From Antedon mediterranea (Eukaryota; Animalia; Echinodermata): a stretch of DNA of 64,000 nucleotides. Position numbers and translations under genes: made by a program. The notes under the pieces were generated by a model, which was not told where the DNA came from, searched no databases, and saw only the letters and a list, made by a program, of their open reading frames with translations. Shown in pieces: positions 37,780 through 52,090 of the stretch; the stretch's first letter is position 1; every line of letters begins with the position of its first letter. The stretch lies in NCBI RefSeq assembly GCF_964355755.1, contig NC_092677.1, positions 9,756,101 through 9,820,100 of the forward strand, in the 5' to 3' direction.

Positions 37780-40168
37780 TGAAGCACACAATACATTTAC
37801 ATCATATATGCCCCCGTATTCTTGCGAACTTGATCTCTCATTCGACAGTATGTTTGAAACATAAATGGATGATTAATTTCACATTTACATACATGTACAA
37901 ATGTTTTAAACTTATATTCATTTAATAGTCGAATGCGGTCGGTTTTAGTACCGTGATTTTGGTAGCTTTAAGAATGATTAGGCCTACGTGGCATCCTGAG
38001 AAAAACAAAGTGTTATTTTTTTTTATTAAGATGAGTATATTATGTAAAGGGTCTTTAATTCGAGGAACTTTAAAGCTGTCAGATTAAGTTGCTTTTTTAC
38101 ACTGGCCTACAATTCTATGCATTTACATAGACCAGTTATGCATTTTTTTGCTCGCAGTAGTGTAAAAGGGTATTAGTAAGCATTCTTGCTGAATATAATG
38201 TAACATTAACAACGAAAGATGATACGATAAGATAAAAAAAAAACAGACATTGAAAAATGTTTTCCCTGTTGGGGTTGTCTATTATTATTGTACAAATAAA
38301 TAATAATAAAAATATTCATAAATCCAAAGGCAAATTACTGAAAAAATGACAATGCTGTGGGTATCAGTGGCTGGATCGCAATGGAGATACAAAATAAAAG
38401 CGAAAAGCTAAATCAAAACGAGAAGTAAAACAGCCAGAAAAGTTATTAGCAGAGCTTTCGGACAAAATGTGTAACAAAGTACGAAAATAAGATTTATATT
38501 TTAAAATGAATTTATTATAGGGGTTTTAAGTCATTTTATAAGATACTGTCACTTACTAATTTATGGATGTTGTACGTAACTATGTGAAACATGCTTCCAA
38601 GAGATTGTCACTTATCCTCTTTGAAAACGAAATCAGAGTCTTGATAAATATTTGTAATCAGTTCGATTAAATGCTTACATTAATGAGAGTGCAGACCTCT
38701 AAAGTAAACGCCTTAAGTAACGATGACGTTTATAGTTAGAAACATTATACATTAAACTAAATGTATACTCTTATCCGGAAATCTTACTGTTGATTGTAAA
38801 CCGTTAACGCTTTATCATAAGCCTAAATAATCGATACATTAAAGTTATTTTTCTGGTAATAATATCTCTGTAAATTACACGGTGTAGGTCTACATACATC
38901 TCTCTTTATTGTCTAATTTGTAAAATGATAATGATGGGCTAGCAATTACATTGCTCAATTTAAAAAAGACCAAAATAAAAATATTTCGCTTGACTGGATT
39001 TGGCCTTGTAAATGAAATGCAAAGTAATTATTTTAACATACGCTAGTCAGTCATTAAATAAATATAGCATTATATAAATAAATAAAAATAATAATAATAA
39101 TTAAAACACATACAATAAAGAATAAATAAATAAAAGACGTCATTGAATAGCAATAGAACTGATGAATAGTAAAAATAACCTAAGAAGAATATTTGGATAC
39201 TGTAGTAAATATAGAGTATCGTGTCTTTTATAATGAACATTCTTTAAAAACACAAAAAATACAGACTTCTTCAGTTTAATTTACATAATTACACAGACCT
39301 ATTTTTTAGAATAACGGTGAAATAATCAAATGATATATGTTGATTGATGTAGAGATATATTATATTTCCTAATTATATGATCGATTATACTAATGGTCAA
39401 AATTCCCACAATCCGCATGGATCTATTTAGCCTAGTAACCGGAGGAATCCATCAAAATAGTTTCTAAGAAATATGTTTTAAGACGGTAAAACGGTGGCGC
39501 TATGACGAAATTGATAAACGAGCGAAATAATGCATCACACAATGTCCTGTTTACATAGAATGTCAAATGTTCTTTACAAATTGGCAATTAGTCTGCCTTT
39601 TAATGTTTTACAACATCTTGAATAACAATATATCACAATAAAGGATTTTTACATGACACTCTGACTGTTGTATCTAAATTAAAAACAATATTTTGTGACG
39701 TTTATTGCATAGACAATTGAGGAACTGCATGGACATATGATTTTGTAATTATTGTAGCCTAGTTCAACGTGTAAACATCAAAACATCAAACTAATCAGAG
39801 AAAAGCTAATTATATTAAATTGTTAAATAATGATCTGATGATTTCTCTTTGTGGACCTACCATGTCAAAATATGATAGGCAAACAGTAATTGTTTGATTT
39901 AATATATTTTATTGTAATCAGATGAATCTAGACATTCATACATAAGCAACAAAGCTACTTAAAAATGTTTTATTACAATTTAAGTAATGCTTTATTACAA
40001 TTTAAATAATGAAAAGACTATTAATACATTATAGTAAAACGATATATAATAATAATAAAATACATAATATTCGAACCGTAGGGTGGATGGGATTATGTGA
40101 AAAGGTGATTGCCGCCCTCTATTTTTAATCATGCGCTAAACTTTTTTCAACATATAAATAAATAAAAA

Positions 40169-42030
40169 ACTAGAAATTAGCCACTCCGAGAGTGCATACC
40201 CTACTGTAAATCTTTTCTACATAATATTTCTCCGGGGAAAATGTATACAATATCTGTATGTGTCTAAATGCTGTGTGTGATTTAGGCTAATTTCACTACA
40301 AGCATGTGTATGCGAATTTGGTGTAATGGTTATGTAACTAGCCTTTCAACTAACAATAGTTTCAGTTGGGGTGTGTCATTTGCACCCCAGATATTGAGAA
40401 TTATTAGTTAATACACAAAAAAACTAAATATATAAATTTTGAACGACAATAACATGGGTATACAATTTTACTATTAGGCCCTATTTTGTGTCAGTTGAGG
40501 TTTTACAGACGTTTTTTAGACATGAAACCGTTGGTGGCGCTATTTAGGGCCACATTTTGGAGATTTGGCATTATTTTTCCCAATCTGGCATTATTTGAGG
40601 CAGGCTACTACACGGCATAATTTAAATTTTATCGCTGGCAACGCTGTCCAGAACGAGAAAATCCTATATAGTCGTACATCAATAATTGTGATTAATATAT
40701 ATTAGGGCTATTAGTATTAGGCCTACTTAGTTAAAATGGTAATTACACTAATTTAGATTTTAAGCCTATCTATTCTCGTACTCTACTCAACTAGCTAGGA
40801 GACCTAGACAACAAGTAGACCAGACCTTCTGGCCGGCCTAGTCTGAGTAGGCCATGTGCATGATGTGGACATGGCATTTAGGCGTAGGCCTAATAATATG
40901 ATGGTGGTGGAGAATGCTGCACCTGGCCGGCCGCATTATTTTTATTTCCTATTAGGTTAAGGCAGAAGCTATAGAGGGCGTGCATATATCATGAATATTC
41001 ATGATTCATGCCTCTGACGTCATATTTGCAAAACAATGTCTGTGTGTGCGATGCCCGTTCGCGGGGTGGGAGATCTGTACTCTTTTTCTCTCAGACACTA
41101 GGGTAGGCCTAGACCTGCAATTTTTGAAGTTTTATAAAAATAATGCATATATAAAACTTTAAAAACATTAAACTAGGTCATTTCTTGTCTTAAATGTGCG
41201 TTCTATTAAGGTTAATTATGATAAAAAGAGAAAAACAATGTAGCTCGCGTATCTCGTAGACGTTAGGCCTAGCTTTTTAGTTGGGCTTAGTTTTGTAAGC
41301 CCTAGGCCTGGAGCTGGTAAAGAGCGCTAGCGAACATAGTACGGTATCTAAAGGCGCCCTAGACTGACGTTGAATACATTTTCCTTTTTTGGCAGAATCT
41401 GTTAATATTGGCCTAACTATGATATAATTAAATCTGTATCACAATTGATTCTAATAAGGTGGTGTGAGTTTTAATTAATTTAAAAATTGACATGGACGAG
41501 AGATCATTTTCGATTACCGCATAACCAGGGTTTTCCGTGACATGAATATTTATGCTGGTTTTTAGGCCCTCTATAGTTTCTGCCTTAACCCAATAGAAAA
41601 AAAAATAATCGTGGCCGGCTATGGCGGCCAGCAAGAAAGATGCATGGAAGATAGCCTTAGTTATAGGCTAGACTAGGATGGCCTAGCTCGGGCATTCTAA
41701 AGGTTATTTATTTTTACTGTAATGTAAAAGAAGCATTTAAAATAATAATTCTTTCGTTTGATATTCAAGGAAAAACTTTTCACAAAATTAAAAAATTTTG
41801 TTTGTCTCCCTCTATAGATAAAAAATAAATAAATACAATTTCTAATGTGATCTTAATTAACTGATAAGTTTATATATTATTATATACAGCAAGTGTGAAT
41901 ATTGAAACGAATAGTTATTTTCAACAAATCCCACAAAATACTAAATAATTAATCTATTTCTGTACAACATGTTTTCCCAATTTGTAATTCTGGGCAATTT
42001 AAAAATGTATGCACTCTCCTTGTGGAGATA
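40169..42030. mobile_element. Putative non-autonomous element with subterminal inverted repeats (Helentron/HINE-like)
   Basis: Starts ACTAGAAA; CCACTCCGAGAGTGCATAC (40181-40199) is a 16/19 inverted match to GTATGCACTCTCCTTGTGG (42007-42025). Confidence 0.45.
40961..41584. mobile_element. 624-bp Kolobok-like MITE
   Basis: TTAA|GGCAGAA(G/A)CTATAGAGGGC ... GCCCTCTATAGTTTCTGCC|TTAA; 19-bp TIR, TTAA TSD. Confidence 0.75.
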
Positions 42031-44199
42031 TACTCATGAAATGATTACAAAATCATCAAATTAACCTTTGTTTTAACACTTGTAAATTTTAATAAATTAA
42101 CATTGTAATTTATTGAATTAATTATATTAAATGTTTATATTTAAGAAGATTATCTAAGATTTAAGAAAGTATGTGAGATGTATTTTGCTTAAGCTGCTGC
42201 TGCCCAGCATTGTATGAATCAAAATGATCTATAATTTAATTGATTTGTTTAATTTAAAAAAAAACCTTTTGTTTAATATTATAAATATTAATAATGTGCA
42301 AGTCATACATTTATGTTTATTTTATTGCATTTTTTTGTGGCCAGTTCTGGTTAAAGATTTTAACTTCCACGTCAAAATGAAATTGAATTACATAGTTTCT
42401 CTGGCAACTGTTTCTGCTTTGTATCCATAAAACACAACTGCACCTGTTACGATATATTTGTACGTACTTTAGAGACGCATAAAAGAAACTACATTGCACA
42501 TTTTTACGTCCCTTTCTCATTTTAAATCTCGTCAATTTCATTCAGAGTATTCCAGATATTTTTCGCTGAGAATTGCTGCGTAATCCCGCGATTCCCATCG
42601 GCGTTAACATGTCGTTTGTTACTGGTTAACGTTTTACTAATTATGGGTAATTTATTTTGCATCCTGTATCCAGGATTTTTAAATTATTTTCGGCTGAGAA
42701 TCGCTATAGTGCACATAATGGTCAAACATATGTCCTTTTATTGACATTTACTGTATTTGTCAGTACTCATAACTTTACTTTGTCCCGATGTTAACGATAT
42801 TTATCATCACTAACATATGCTTCCTGAACTACCCATGGTTTTTTTATAAAAGGAAATAATCTTGGGTCTTATCTTTATTTACAGGTTTAGAAAAAATCGT
42901 AGGTCACATGATCGTGAGTCTTATATCGGGGGATGACATTGAGACGTTGGAACAGATGCAGTTGCGCAATTTCAAGGTCTAATTTATTCTGGCAATCGAC
43001 AAGTAATTATTTTTGACTGCATATTAAGAAGAAACAAAATAAAGACTATTTTCATCCGCACAGTAATAATTATTTTGATGTTTCCACTAGAGGTGAGTTT
43101 ATACGCGCGACACTAGAGGGAGTATTTTTGTTAATGAATTAAAGATACACACGCTTGTATTAATTTATAAGTATGCTGTTTTGATCTTGCACATATGTGA
43201 CCAATTTCCTTCTTGTGAGTACATAAAATTGGTAACAGGAAGAACCTTAACTTTGTTACTGTATTTGGCTATAAAGTAATTTGACAAAATGGTAATAACA
43301 ATGTACAAACAGGCTATACTGACATGTTGATTTACACAGACTATTAAGCTCTTGAATTTAATGCGTTAATGTGGAAGGGGTTATTATGAAACACTGGGGA
43401 AGGGGTCTGTTGGACTAATACATCGGGGTAAAGGTTTAAAATAAAGCGATTGAAAACAATCATGTTAAAAGAATTGTCGAATAGTTATTCCATCATTGCT
43501 CCTTAGATTTAAATACTAGGTAAGAGTTATAAGAATTAGAAAGGGAGGTGAGAAGGAGATTGAAATTAAAATTTGTTGTTATGTATCAAAAAATAAGTAA
43601 CAATCGTATTAAAATACATGACACATTTTATTTATTTTAATTTTATTTTATTCAGTTGACAACCAACAGCAATGAAACCACCACTAACAGGTTGAATCTA
43701 AACATAATAACAGGGAAAAATTTCATTTTAAAATTTTGTATAGCAATATTGCGAATCAAACAGATTTTTTAGTCTCGAATCATAGTTTTCTATCGTATTT
43801 TTTGCTACACAATTGTAGAAATGTGTAGCAAGAAGGTTGTTTTGTATAGCTTTTTGCTATGCTACACTGGCGAAATTATTCCCTGAATAAACTATAATAA
43901 TACATTCAAATAAAGCAACAATAACATAAACAAAGATCGGAACATTATAGAGATTTAACAATGTTACCCTTAAATACATTTAAACATAAAATAAATCAAT
44001 ATACAAAGTAACAAGCAACATGTGTTAGGTAACCGCTGGAAAATTCCTCGTTTTGTACTGTACATTCAACACGACCACAAGGAACGTGAAGCAAACACTT
44101 ACTGCGAGTATGAGTTGGTATATTCAACTAAAACAAAGCAACAAGAGGACAATCATAAACAGAATTGAAAGAGTTGTATAAAAATACCATATCAAAAAC

Positions 44200-45240
44200 A
44201 ACTCTCTGATTTTCAAGAGAATAGGACAAGTGCGAGTAAGGAATCTATAAATGAAAGTGTATCTATCTGAATGGTATTATTGTTGTACCTGCACAGTAAA
44301 AGTTCTATTTAATGGAACCTTAATAAATACTCAAAGGTTCTAAGAACTTTACATTAGCCCAGACATTGGAATGGCACATGGCCTTACACTATTAAATAGC
44401 TCTATTGCACATTCAACGTTTTTTAATGTGCAGTGCAACATTGGTGAATTAAATTTACCTGTGGCGGCCGTCTCTAACAGTTCTACGCGCCATTCAAAAT
44501 CCTCTTGTTGCCTTTAATTAATGGCTTAGCCCATCCAGTTTTTGAAATCTATTAAAAAAAGAAGCAGTGGATGAAAAAAGTGTGTTATTCAACATTTGTG
44601 TAATACTTTAATAGCACCTTTATATTCAACATGTACAGTTTTCATAGATTGTGCATTGGAGATGATACGCAGGACAGCATTGACTTTAGGAATTGCAAAC
44701 GAAACTTTTTTCTGGCTTAGGTATGGCATTGTAAAAGTGAGCACCCAGAGCACTGGTACTGATTAATGACTGACAAGCTGTGAAACAATCCCATAGGGAA
44801 CTGGATAAATAGTTCCGTAGCCACTTGCTTTGATGAATAGGGTAATAATGTTAAGCGCCTAGAGTCCTTGTTTCCCAATTACACACTCTTCAAATTGACA
44901 ATTCTTACAAAACATAACAGCCTCTGTGATTTATCTTTATCAATCTAAAAATACCCAAAGTTATGTAGATATCAATGTTCTAAGATAGTCTACAAAATGT
45001 TTCAAGACCATACTGATTGAATTATAGTAAAGTTTGCATGTTTTGGTTAATGTAGAAGTTGACAGAAACTTGGCTTGATGAATTCATTAATTTGCCTTGA
45101 TTTGTTGTGACATACAGGACTTTACATTTCCAGCTTGTTAACTTCAAGGACATAAAAAGTACATAATCTTGAACTTGACCTTCGATTTGTTCTTGCATGC
45201 AGATTACATGCAGAGTGAGACCTCTAAAGTTGCAGCAATA
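44200..45240 (-). mobile_element. Heavily decayed LINE (L1/Tx1-like ORF2 C-terminal region)
   Basis: Broken frames give HYY...SKWLRNYL..W and DFEWRV...TG fragments reminiscent of the post-RT region; many stops. Confidence 0.3.
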
Positions 45241-45989
45241 TTTATTTCGTTTTTTTGAGATTGTATTAATTATAGTTTATTTGATTTTTTTTTATTATAT
45301 ATGATATAATTGTTTTAAAAATATTGTTAGCATTTTTAATTGTAACTTTAACAAGTTTTTGTAAGGTAACATCAATGAAGTAAGTGAAAACCCTTTAAAG
45401 AAGGACCCGTTTTTTGGGTTGACACAAAAGAGAACAAATAGAAAATGGTTTCAAAGATCCCAATTGATTCTGAACTTGATCAAATAGAACTTAGTTATCA
45501 TTAAGTAATAATTTGTTACTGCAATGCAATCACGGTCTCAATAAGACCTCACTCACCTCAGAAGGTCTCTGTACATTTGACCAGGGGGGGGGGGGGCCAT
45601 ACCTCCCTAATTTGACTAAACTCTTTGTGGATAATAATGATCAAGAATCGGTGTCATTATTAACTCTCAGCTTTTGCATATTCATGAGGTTCATTATTCA
45701 GTTGTTTTACTTATTCATCATTAAATATTCTCTAGCCTGAATATATAAATTCAATAAAAATAGATCTGAAATCCCATAAATAACTTTGATTTATAATTAT
45801 TTTTGAATGACATTTATTTTTCAAAACGTGTGTTGCATGCCAAAATAAATTATTTTGATGTAAGCAGTACATTTTGTTCAAGGGCATCTCCAGGAAAGCA
45901 GGAACTGGTACGTTTATATTGGGGTTTATATTGGGGTTTATATTGGGGTTTTTTGGTAACGGAGTATTGAGTAAAAGTAAATTATCTAA

Positions 45990-46121
45990 AGTTTTGTCTA
46001 CACTATCAAACTTGCCCATATATGGACATGATGATGTGATATCACTGCCATATTTCGGCATATCACTACCATATTTTGGCATATCACGCCTTTTTTGTCA
46101 AACTAGTTTGATAGTGTAGAC
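45990..46121. mobile_element. PIF/Harbinger-type MITE, family A copy 9
   Basis: TGTCTACACTATCAAACT...AGTTTGATAGTGTAGAC with shared core. Confidence 0.8.
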
Positions 46122-47397
46122 CATAAAGATATTATAGTTCATGTGTAGGCAGGGCTTTAATCTTCTACTATTTGTAGAAAACAAACAAAAGTAGTAAATG
46201 GCAAACAAAAACTTGGATGTTTAGAAATCAAAATTCCATTGTATACATTTTTATTATTGGCTAGCTTTACATTTTAAAATAGTAAAAAGTATCAAAAAAT
46301 AATAAAAATTCTCATAATGTGTAAGCCTACTGCATTTAAAAAAAAGTTATTTGATTTTTTAAAACATATTCTCGTTCCCAAATCCAAGAGGAAACTGACA
46401 AACTTGTATAATTTAATTTAGACCTTTTTTAAACAGCTGAAATAACTTTCTCATAGTTTGTAATATATATATTTTAGTTGCCTTTTTGGTGTGCATTTCC
46501 TCAGCAGGGAATAGACACTATGTCATCATCAATGTCCTATGTAACAACTGCTTTATTTTGAGTGTTAACATACAGACCTTGTAACCACCATCTCAACTAT
46601 TTTATAGTATATTCGTCTGGTTTTATTGTTTGTAAAACTATTTTTTTATGTTATTCATAGCTTGCAGTAATTGTTATTCCCATAATTATTACTGTTAGTA
46701 CGATATCGATAAACTTTTCACACATGGGTATGCTAGACCTACAACTGTCCGCTAATATTTAACAAAACAAAACCCAAAAACAGTTGCCCAACAGCCATAA
46801 CATTCTCAACCATAAGAAGGTGTACCAACGTGGTGTAGGCCTACTACTACACACCAAGACCTACTGTACATCACAGTGGCTTCTAATTTTTTTTAAGTCA
46901 TGTGTACCGCCATTTTGACTGATATTCAATAAGGTGTGAACAACTGGGTGTGACTCAGGATTGCAAGGCTAACTACTAGTTGAACAAGATATTTTCCCAT
47001 GACTACAGGATCCAATTGTGGTTAGAGAAGGGCTAAAAAGTGCAAATACCCTAAACTAAATTAGAGCTAAATACAGAGCCTTGGAAGGCCACAAAACTTT
47101 ATATATCAAATCTGGCGTTTAATGAATGGAAACAGATTCATATTTATTTAATTGTTTTACTCTGTCTGTCCTTAAACTTTTGTCAATATGTATAATTTTA
47201 GTGACAGTTTAACACATTTGTGACTGGCGAGGTGTTAAAAGTGCCACCAATTTAATTGTGTAATTAAGCATTTCTTACTGTCTGATCTATACATCGTTGA
47301 ATATTTATTGTTTAAAATGTATTTGTTTTTGTTCATTCATCCTCATTGAATTTATTCGGATCTTGCATAATGCAAATAATAGGGGATGAGATGGAAC

Positions 47398-47605
47398 AGT
47401 AAACCAGGGTAGCCCCTACTCTTACAAAAGATTCCAGCAGGGTTCTTTAAAGTGTGAGTCAGATGTGTGGACTGGACCACCAGTTTTAAGTCCTTAACTG
47501 AAAAGACCCCTTTAGGACATGGTCAAGGAGAGCCTTGAACCTGTACCAATATTAGAACTATGATTTGCAGCACCACTTGCCCTTAATCGCTTGGCCACAT
47601 GACTC
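47398..47605 (-). mobile_element. tRNA-headed Deu/Nin-domain SINE relic
   Basis: On - strand: A box TGGCCAAGCG, B-box-like GGTTCAAG, then TAAAGAACCC...GTAAGAGTAGGGG Deu/Nin-type motif. Confidence 0.6.
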
Positions 47606-49673
47606 GACATTACATTCAGTAATTCCTCAGTGCAAAATGATGGCTGTGAAAATTACATTTTTTTGTAATAATTTTTGTTTAGAATTCATCTAAAATTAAA
47701 TCAATATACTATACAGTACAAGATAAACAACTACTTTCTTAACTTTCAATATATTGTATTGTAATAATTGAGTTGTATAAGAATTGAACCCAGGGACTGG
47801 GATTTGAGGCAATTACATCACTAAGCTACTATACCATGTGATAATACTCTAAGGTCTCACATGGATTGATTGATTGAATGAAAGTGTTAATTCCACAAAA
47901 TGATAAAGCAAAACTTAAGCCTTAAATAAAAGAAAACCACAATCCCCCACCAGGGTCAACATTTAACCAGTTAATCTTCTCCTCTTCATGGGATTTCCAT
48001 AAGTAGGGCCTAGAGTAGATATACATTCCACCCACCTCCCAATCTGTACATATAAAATTTCCCAGAAAAAAACTTTCATACACTTAAATATCTAATCCCT
48101 GTATTACTTCCTACTGGAGTCTCATCTTCCTTCTTCACCGGATCCACCATCTGGCATACTGAAGCAATTCCATATTTTCTATATTAACATCTGTTTCATA
48201 ATTGGAAAACCATATTGTTGGGATAATGTAAAGCTATTTTAGGATGGGTTATTAAGACCTGTTATACTAGTTTCACTAGATGTAACCCATACAATACAAA
48301 ATTGATTCAACAATGAAATTTAAACAATAACATATAAGCTCTAGGTAGAACAGGAAACGTACTTGAACTCTTTAATTTGAGGGCAACATTGAACTAGAAT
48401 TACATATTTCTTCTAAAGCTTCTTCTTTAAGACAAAACTAAACGACCTTATCTCATATTTGTATGCTGATGTTCACTAGATGTAATAAGTTGCAGGTTTT
48501 TACCTTTTCTGTTTGAAAAAAAACAAACTAGTACGTTAATTTCGCCAGCATCCATAATATCAACAACTGGGTGTCTTGTAGTCGTGCTATTTTTGGGTCT
48601 ACAGTAGGCCACTACTATATTTCACCAGGCCATCCATGATTGCTGTTGCAGATTTTGTTCAAGTCGTTATGAAAGATTTAGAAGAGAAACAAAATTACAT
48701 TAATAACTATTTTCATCCTGTACTCTTTAAAAAATAATAAAATATAATTATTAGATACCATAATGCAATTACAATCATTTGTAAACTACCTTTATCATCA
48801 AGTTACATAATACTGTAATGTAGTCTTAAATAATTTGTTACATCCGTTTAATTAATGCAATATTGTTAAATAAAATCTGTTATCAAGTACCATATCAATA
48901 CAGCCACTTTTCTGCTGCATTTTCTAGGGTCATTAGCAGCCTCCTAGCCTCTATCCATGGATGCTAGCCTTCTACGTGACAACATATTTCCCCGATTTGT
49001 ATTCATATTGCAGTGTTGCATTTTAAAAATAATTCCATGTTACAGAAACAAGAAATGCTTCTAATTGCCTTTCGTTAATTTTTTTTTTTACGAGTTAAAC
49101 GACAAGGTTAGTTCAGAGCAACTACTTCAGATTGTCACATGATCACTTTAATTTTACGGGGAATTGTTATGCTGCTGGGAATTCTCACCCACGCTTTTAT
49201 ACCCCTCTTTTTTGTTAACGAGCCACACGACTGCAATCGCATTCAATTAACTAATCTATATTTAGCTGATTCTGGCTCGCATCTCATCGTGGAAGCTCAC
49301 GTCATTAGCGATGTTTTTGTAGCGTTGACTGAACCCGAATTAACTTGAATCATGCAGGATATGTCTTGGTTAAGTTGATGTAATGTTAAGACAAAGATGT
49401 TTATTAACAGTACTTTTTGAATTGGAATTTCACATTCCAATTCTTATGTACAAACATTTATATATATGTGATTCCATGATCGATACTACAGTAAATAAAA
49501 CTATTGAGTTTATTTCATAAGAGAAATATTTAGTAAATATATATTTAATCAATTTTATTTTTATCTTTACTATGTTATTAAAGTGTAATTTAAATTAGAA
49601 AGATGCATTATTATTTCTTAAGTTGTGTTAATTTTTTTTACAATAATTGTTTATACTAAATTATTATTGCTTA

Positions 49674-49829
49674 TACTGTAGAACCCCTATTAAGACAAGT
49701 GTTAACGAGGATGTCCCCTGAATAGAGGTTTACATCGGTGTTAAAACCTATGCCTTCATTTCACAGAAACATTTCACTTTAATAGGGTGTCCCTAAAATA
49801 GGAGTGTTCTAAAGGAGAGGTTGATTGTC
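49674..49829. mobile_element. Degenerate Tc1/pogo-like MITE
   Basis: TACTGTAGAACCCCT...GTGTCCC...GAGAGGTT; related to 9560-9763. Confidence 0.4.
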
Positions 49830-50469
49830 AGAATACGCTGTTTATTTAAGGTTAAATAAAATAAAAGTAAATACAATTTAGGGCCTACTGTAGATCAAGT
49901 TGTCCAAAACTGGTTAATAATGTAGGCCTACAAATAATGCTCACACCAGAGGAGCATAGAATTAGGTCCTTGCAGTGGCAGTTCCACTGTGATCAGAGCA
50001 CAGGCAGTTGCAGATGATCCTAAACAGTGTACTAATTAGCAAGTTCCTCTAAGTCTATTCTGAAGGACAATTTCCTTTTTCCTGTCAAAAAAATACAATT
50101 ATTAATTCAACATACTGAAGTTATTACATATTATGCAACAAAAATATTATTTTAATGTTCAAAATAACAGGCTTGAAAATTATTTGTCAGCGTTATTAAG
50201 AATTTGTGAAATTTATTTGACAGGCCTGCAAATAATGTCCAGAATTATCTGTACAGATGTTTCATTATCATCACTTGTTAAAAGACGAAAGCGATAAATG
50301 CGTTTCCTTTTACAAATTTCTGCAAAGTCACAAAAAGTAATTTGATGAAGGACAGAGAAGAAGATCGCCAAAAAAATTGTCCCATCTCATCATTATGTAA
50401 TTAGCAGGATACGCATGGTTGATGATGTCTTTACTGCTTCTGTTGTTTGATGGTGTCGTTCTTGCTGCT

Positions 50470-50805
50470 TCTGTTTATTCTGCTTCTGTCATTGTTGTTT
50501 TCTCTGCTTCTGCCATTGTTGTTCTTCTGCTTTTGTCATTGGTTTTTTTTTCTGCATCAGCCATTGTTGTTTTTCTGCCATTGTGGTTTTTTCTGCTTCT
50601 GCCATTGTTGTTCTTCTGTTTCTGTCATTGTTTTTTTGTTCTGCTTCTGCCATTGTTGTTTTTCTGCCATTGTTGTTTTTTCTGCTTCTGTCATTGTTAT
50701 TTTCTGCTTCTGCCATTGTTGTTCTTCTGTTTCTGTCATTGTTTTTTTGTTCTGCATCTGCCATTGTTGTTTTATGCTTCTGCCATTGTTGTTTTTCTGC
50801 TTTTG
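50470..50805. repeat. Minisatellite (TTCTGCTTCTGCCATTGTTGTT..)n
   Basis: Direct reading; explains five overlapping low-complexity ORFs. Confidence 0.9.
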
Positions 50806-52022
50806 TTTTCCCCGTAATCTATCATTCTTTTTTTTTTTTGGTCATGTATTGCTTTTGTGTTTAATTAGGTGTTTTTGTTTTGGTTACTTCTTTGTTTTTT
50901 GGGGTGAAACTAAAAGTGAAACAAATTAAAGAACAAAGTATAAAACAAAGAGTTTGCACAAAAGAAATGAAAAACAATCAACTAGGGCTGGATAAACAAT
51001 TTATATATATAAAAGAAGAAGAAATTTAATTACAATTTGTATAATAATTTGGTTTTAATTGTGTTATACTGTTTCTCCCAATCTTTTTATTGATATAGAA
51101 AAAAAACCATTCTGGTTAAAATTTGTATACATTTAATATTTAGGAATTACTACTAGGCTGTTGTAAATTACAGGCAAAGATTTGTTGCCCTTCTACCGCC
51201 TAGAAAGTGCCTATCATGCGCCTGTCATTGGCATGGCCATTGTTTACTAGGCTATATAGATCCCAATGCCTAAGATTTTTAAATGTAAACAGCACCCTCT
51301 ATAGTTTAAAATATTTAGAACTTTTTTTTGTGTCCTCTTTGTTTGTCGTCCTTTATACACAATATTTCATTTTTCCAATGGACAACTATTTAAAATGGGG
51401 TCCTATCTATGATGGGTTTCCCCCCTCCCCCACTATCGCTAATCCCCGAAAATATGCAGGCTCTTTTGATACTTTGCTAAATCTCTTCTAATATGAATGA
51501 AATATTTCAGAATCTACTATCAGATAAGAAAGCCACAAGATCTTGCCGGTTTAAGTTAATTGGATTTCACTTGGCTTTAGTTTAATTTAGTTTGGATCAA
51601 AACTATATAAAATATGGTGACCTAATTCAGTACTAAATTAAGATATTCCTCAACACCATATAAGCCGTCAAGACTTTACTAGATCTCCTGAATTTATAAA
51701 TATTCATGACCAGATCTCCTGAATTCATTAATATTCATGAGTCTTCATCCATACAGTTGAATATGTGTTAATGTCATATTTCTCGGTATTGTCGTGAATT
51801 TTTTCTTTTAAACGGTCAGAAGTTCTAATTTAACATGTTTCAGGTTTTTAATATAATAAATATTAATTGTTTAAAAAATTTTAGACAACTTAAAAATTTG
51901 AGATAAATTATCTCATTTTATTATTTATTTCAAGACTGGTCTCCTCTAAAGCTCAGTACAGGACCATAATCAGCATACTTTTTCAGAAAGAATTTTGTGT
52001 ACATATACAATGTATGTATATA

Positions 52023-52090
52023 GGACCAACAACTTTATGTCCCATTCAAAGGACGAAGAAATGAGTAAAAGTATATTGCCTTGGATATAC
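52023..52090 (-). mobile_element. SINE fragment spanning the CORE-like/Deu junction
   Basis: Reverse complement TCCAAGGCAATATACTTTTACTCATTTCTTCGTCCTTTGAATGGGACATAAAGTTGTTGGTCC overlaps both 21721-21754 and 53107-53146. Confidence 0.55.

Noticed and set aside
45732-46119. ORFs with MPKYGSD and NPNI repeats
   Set aside because: Composed of MITE family A internal repeats and a 12-bp triplication
48000-48470. Possible second LINE 3' relic
   Set aside because: Too degraded to support with any clear motif
50419-50929. Cys/Leu-rich ORFs
   Set aside because: Open in several frames because of a stop-free minisatellite
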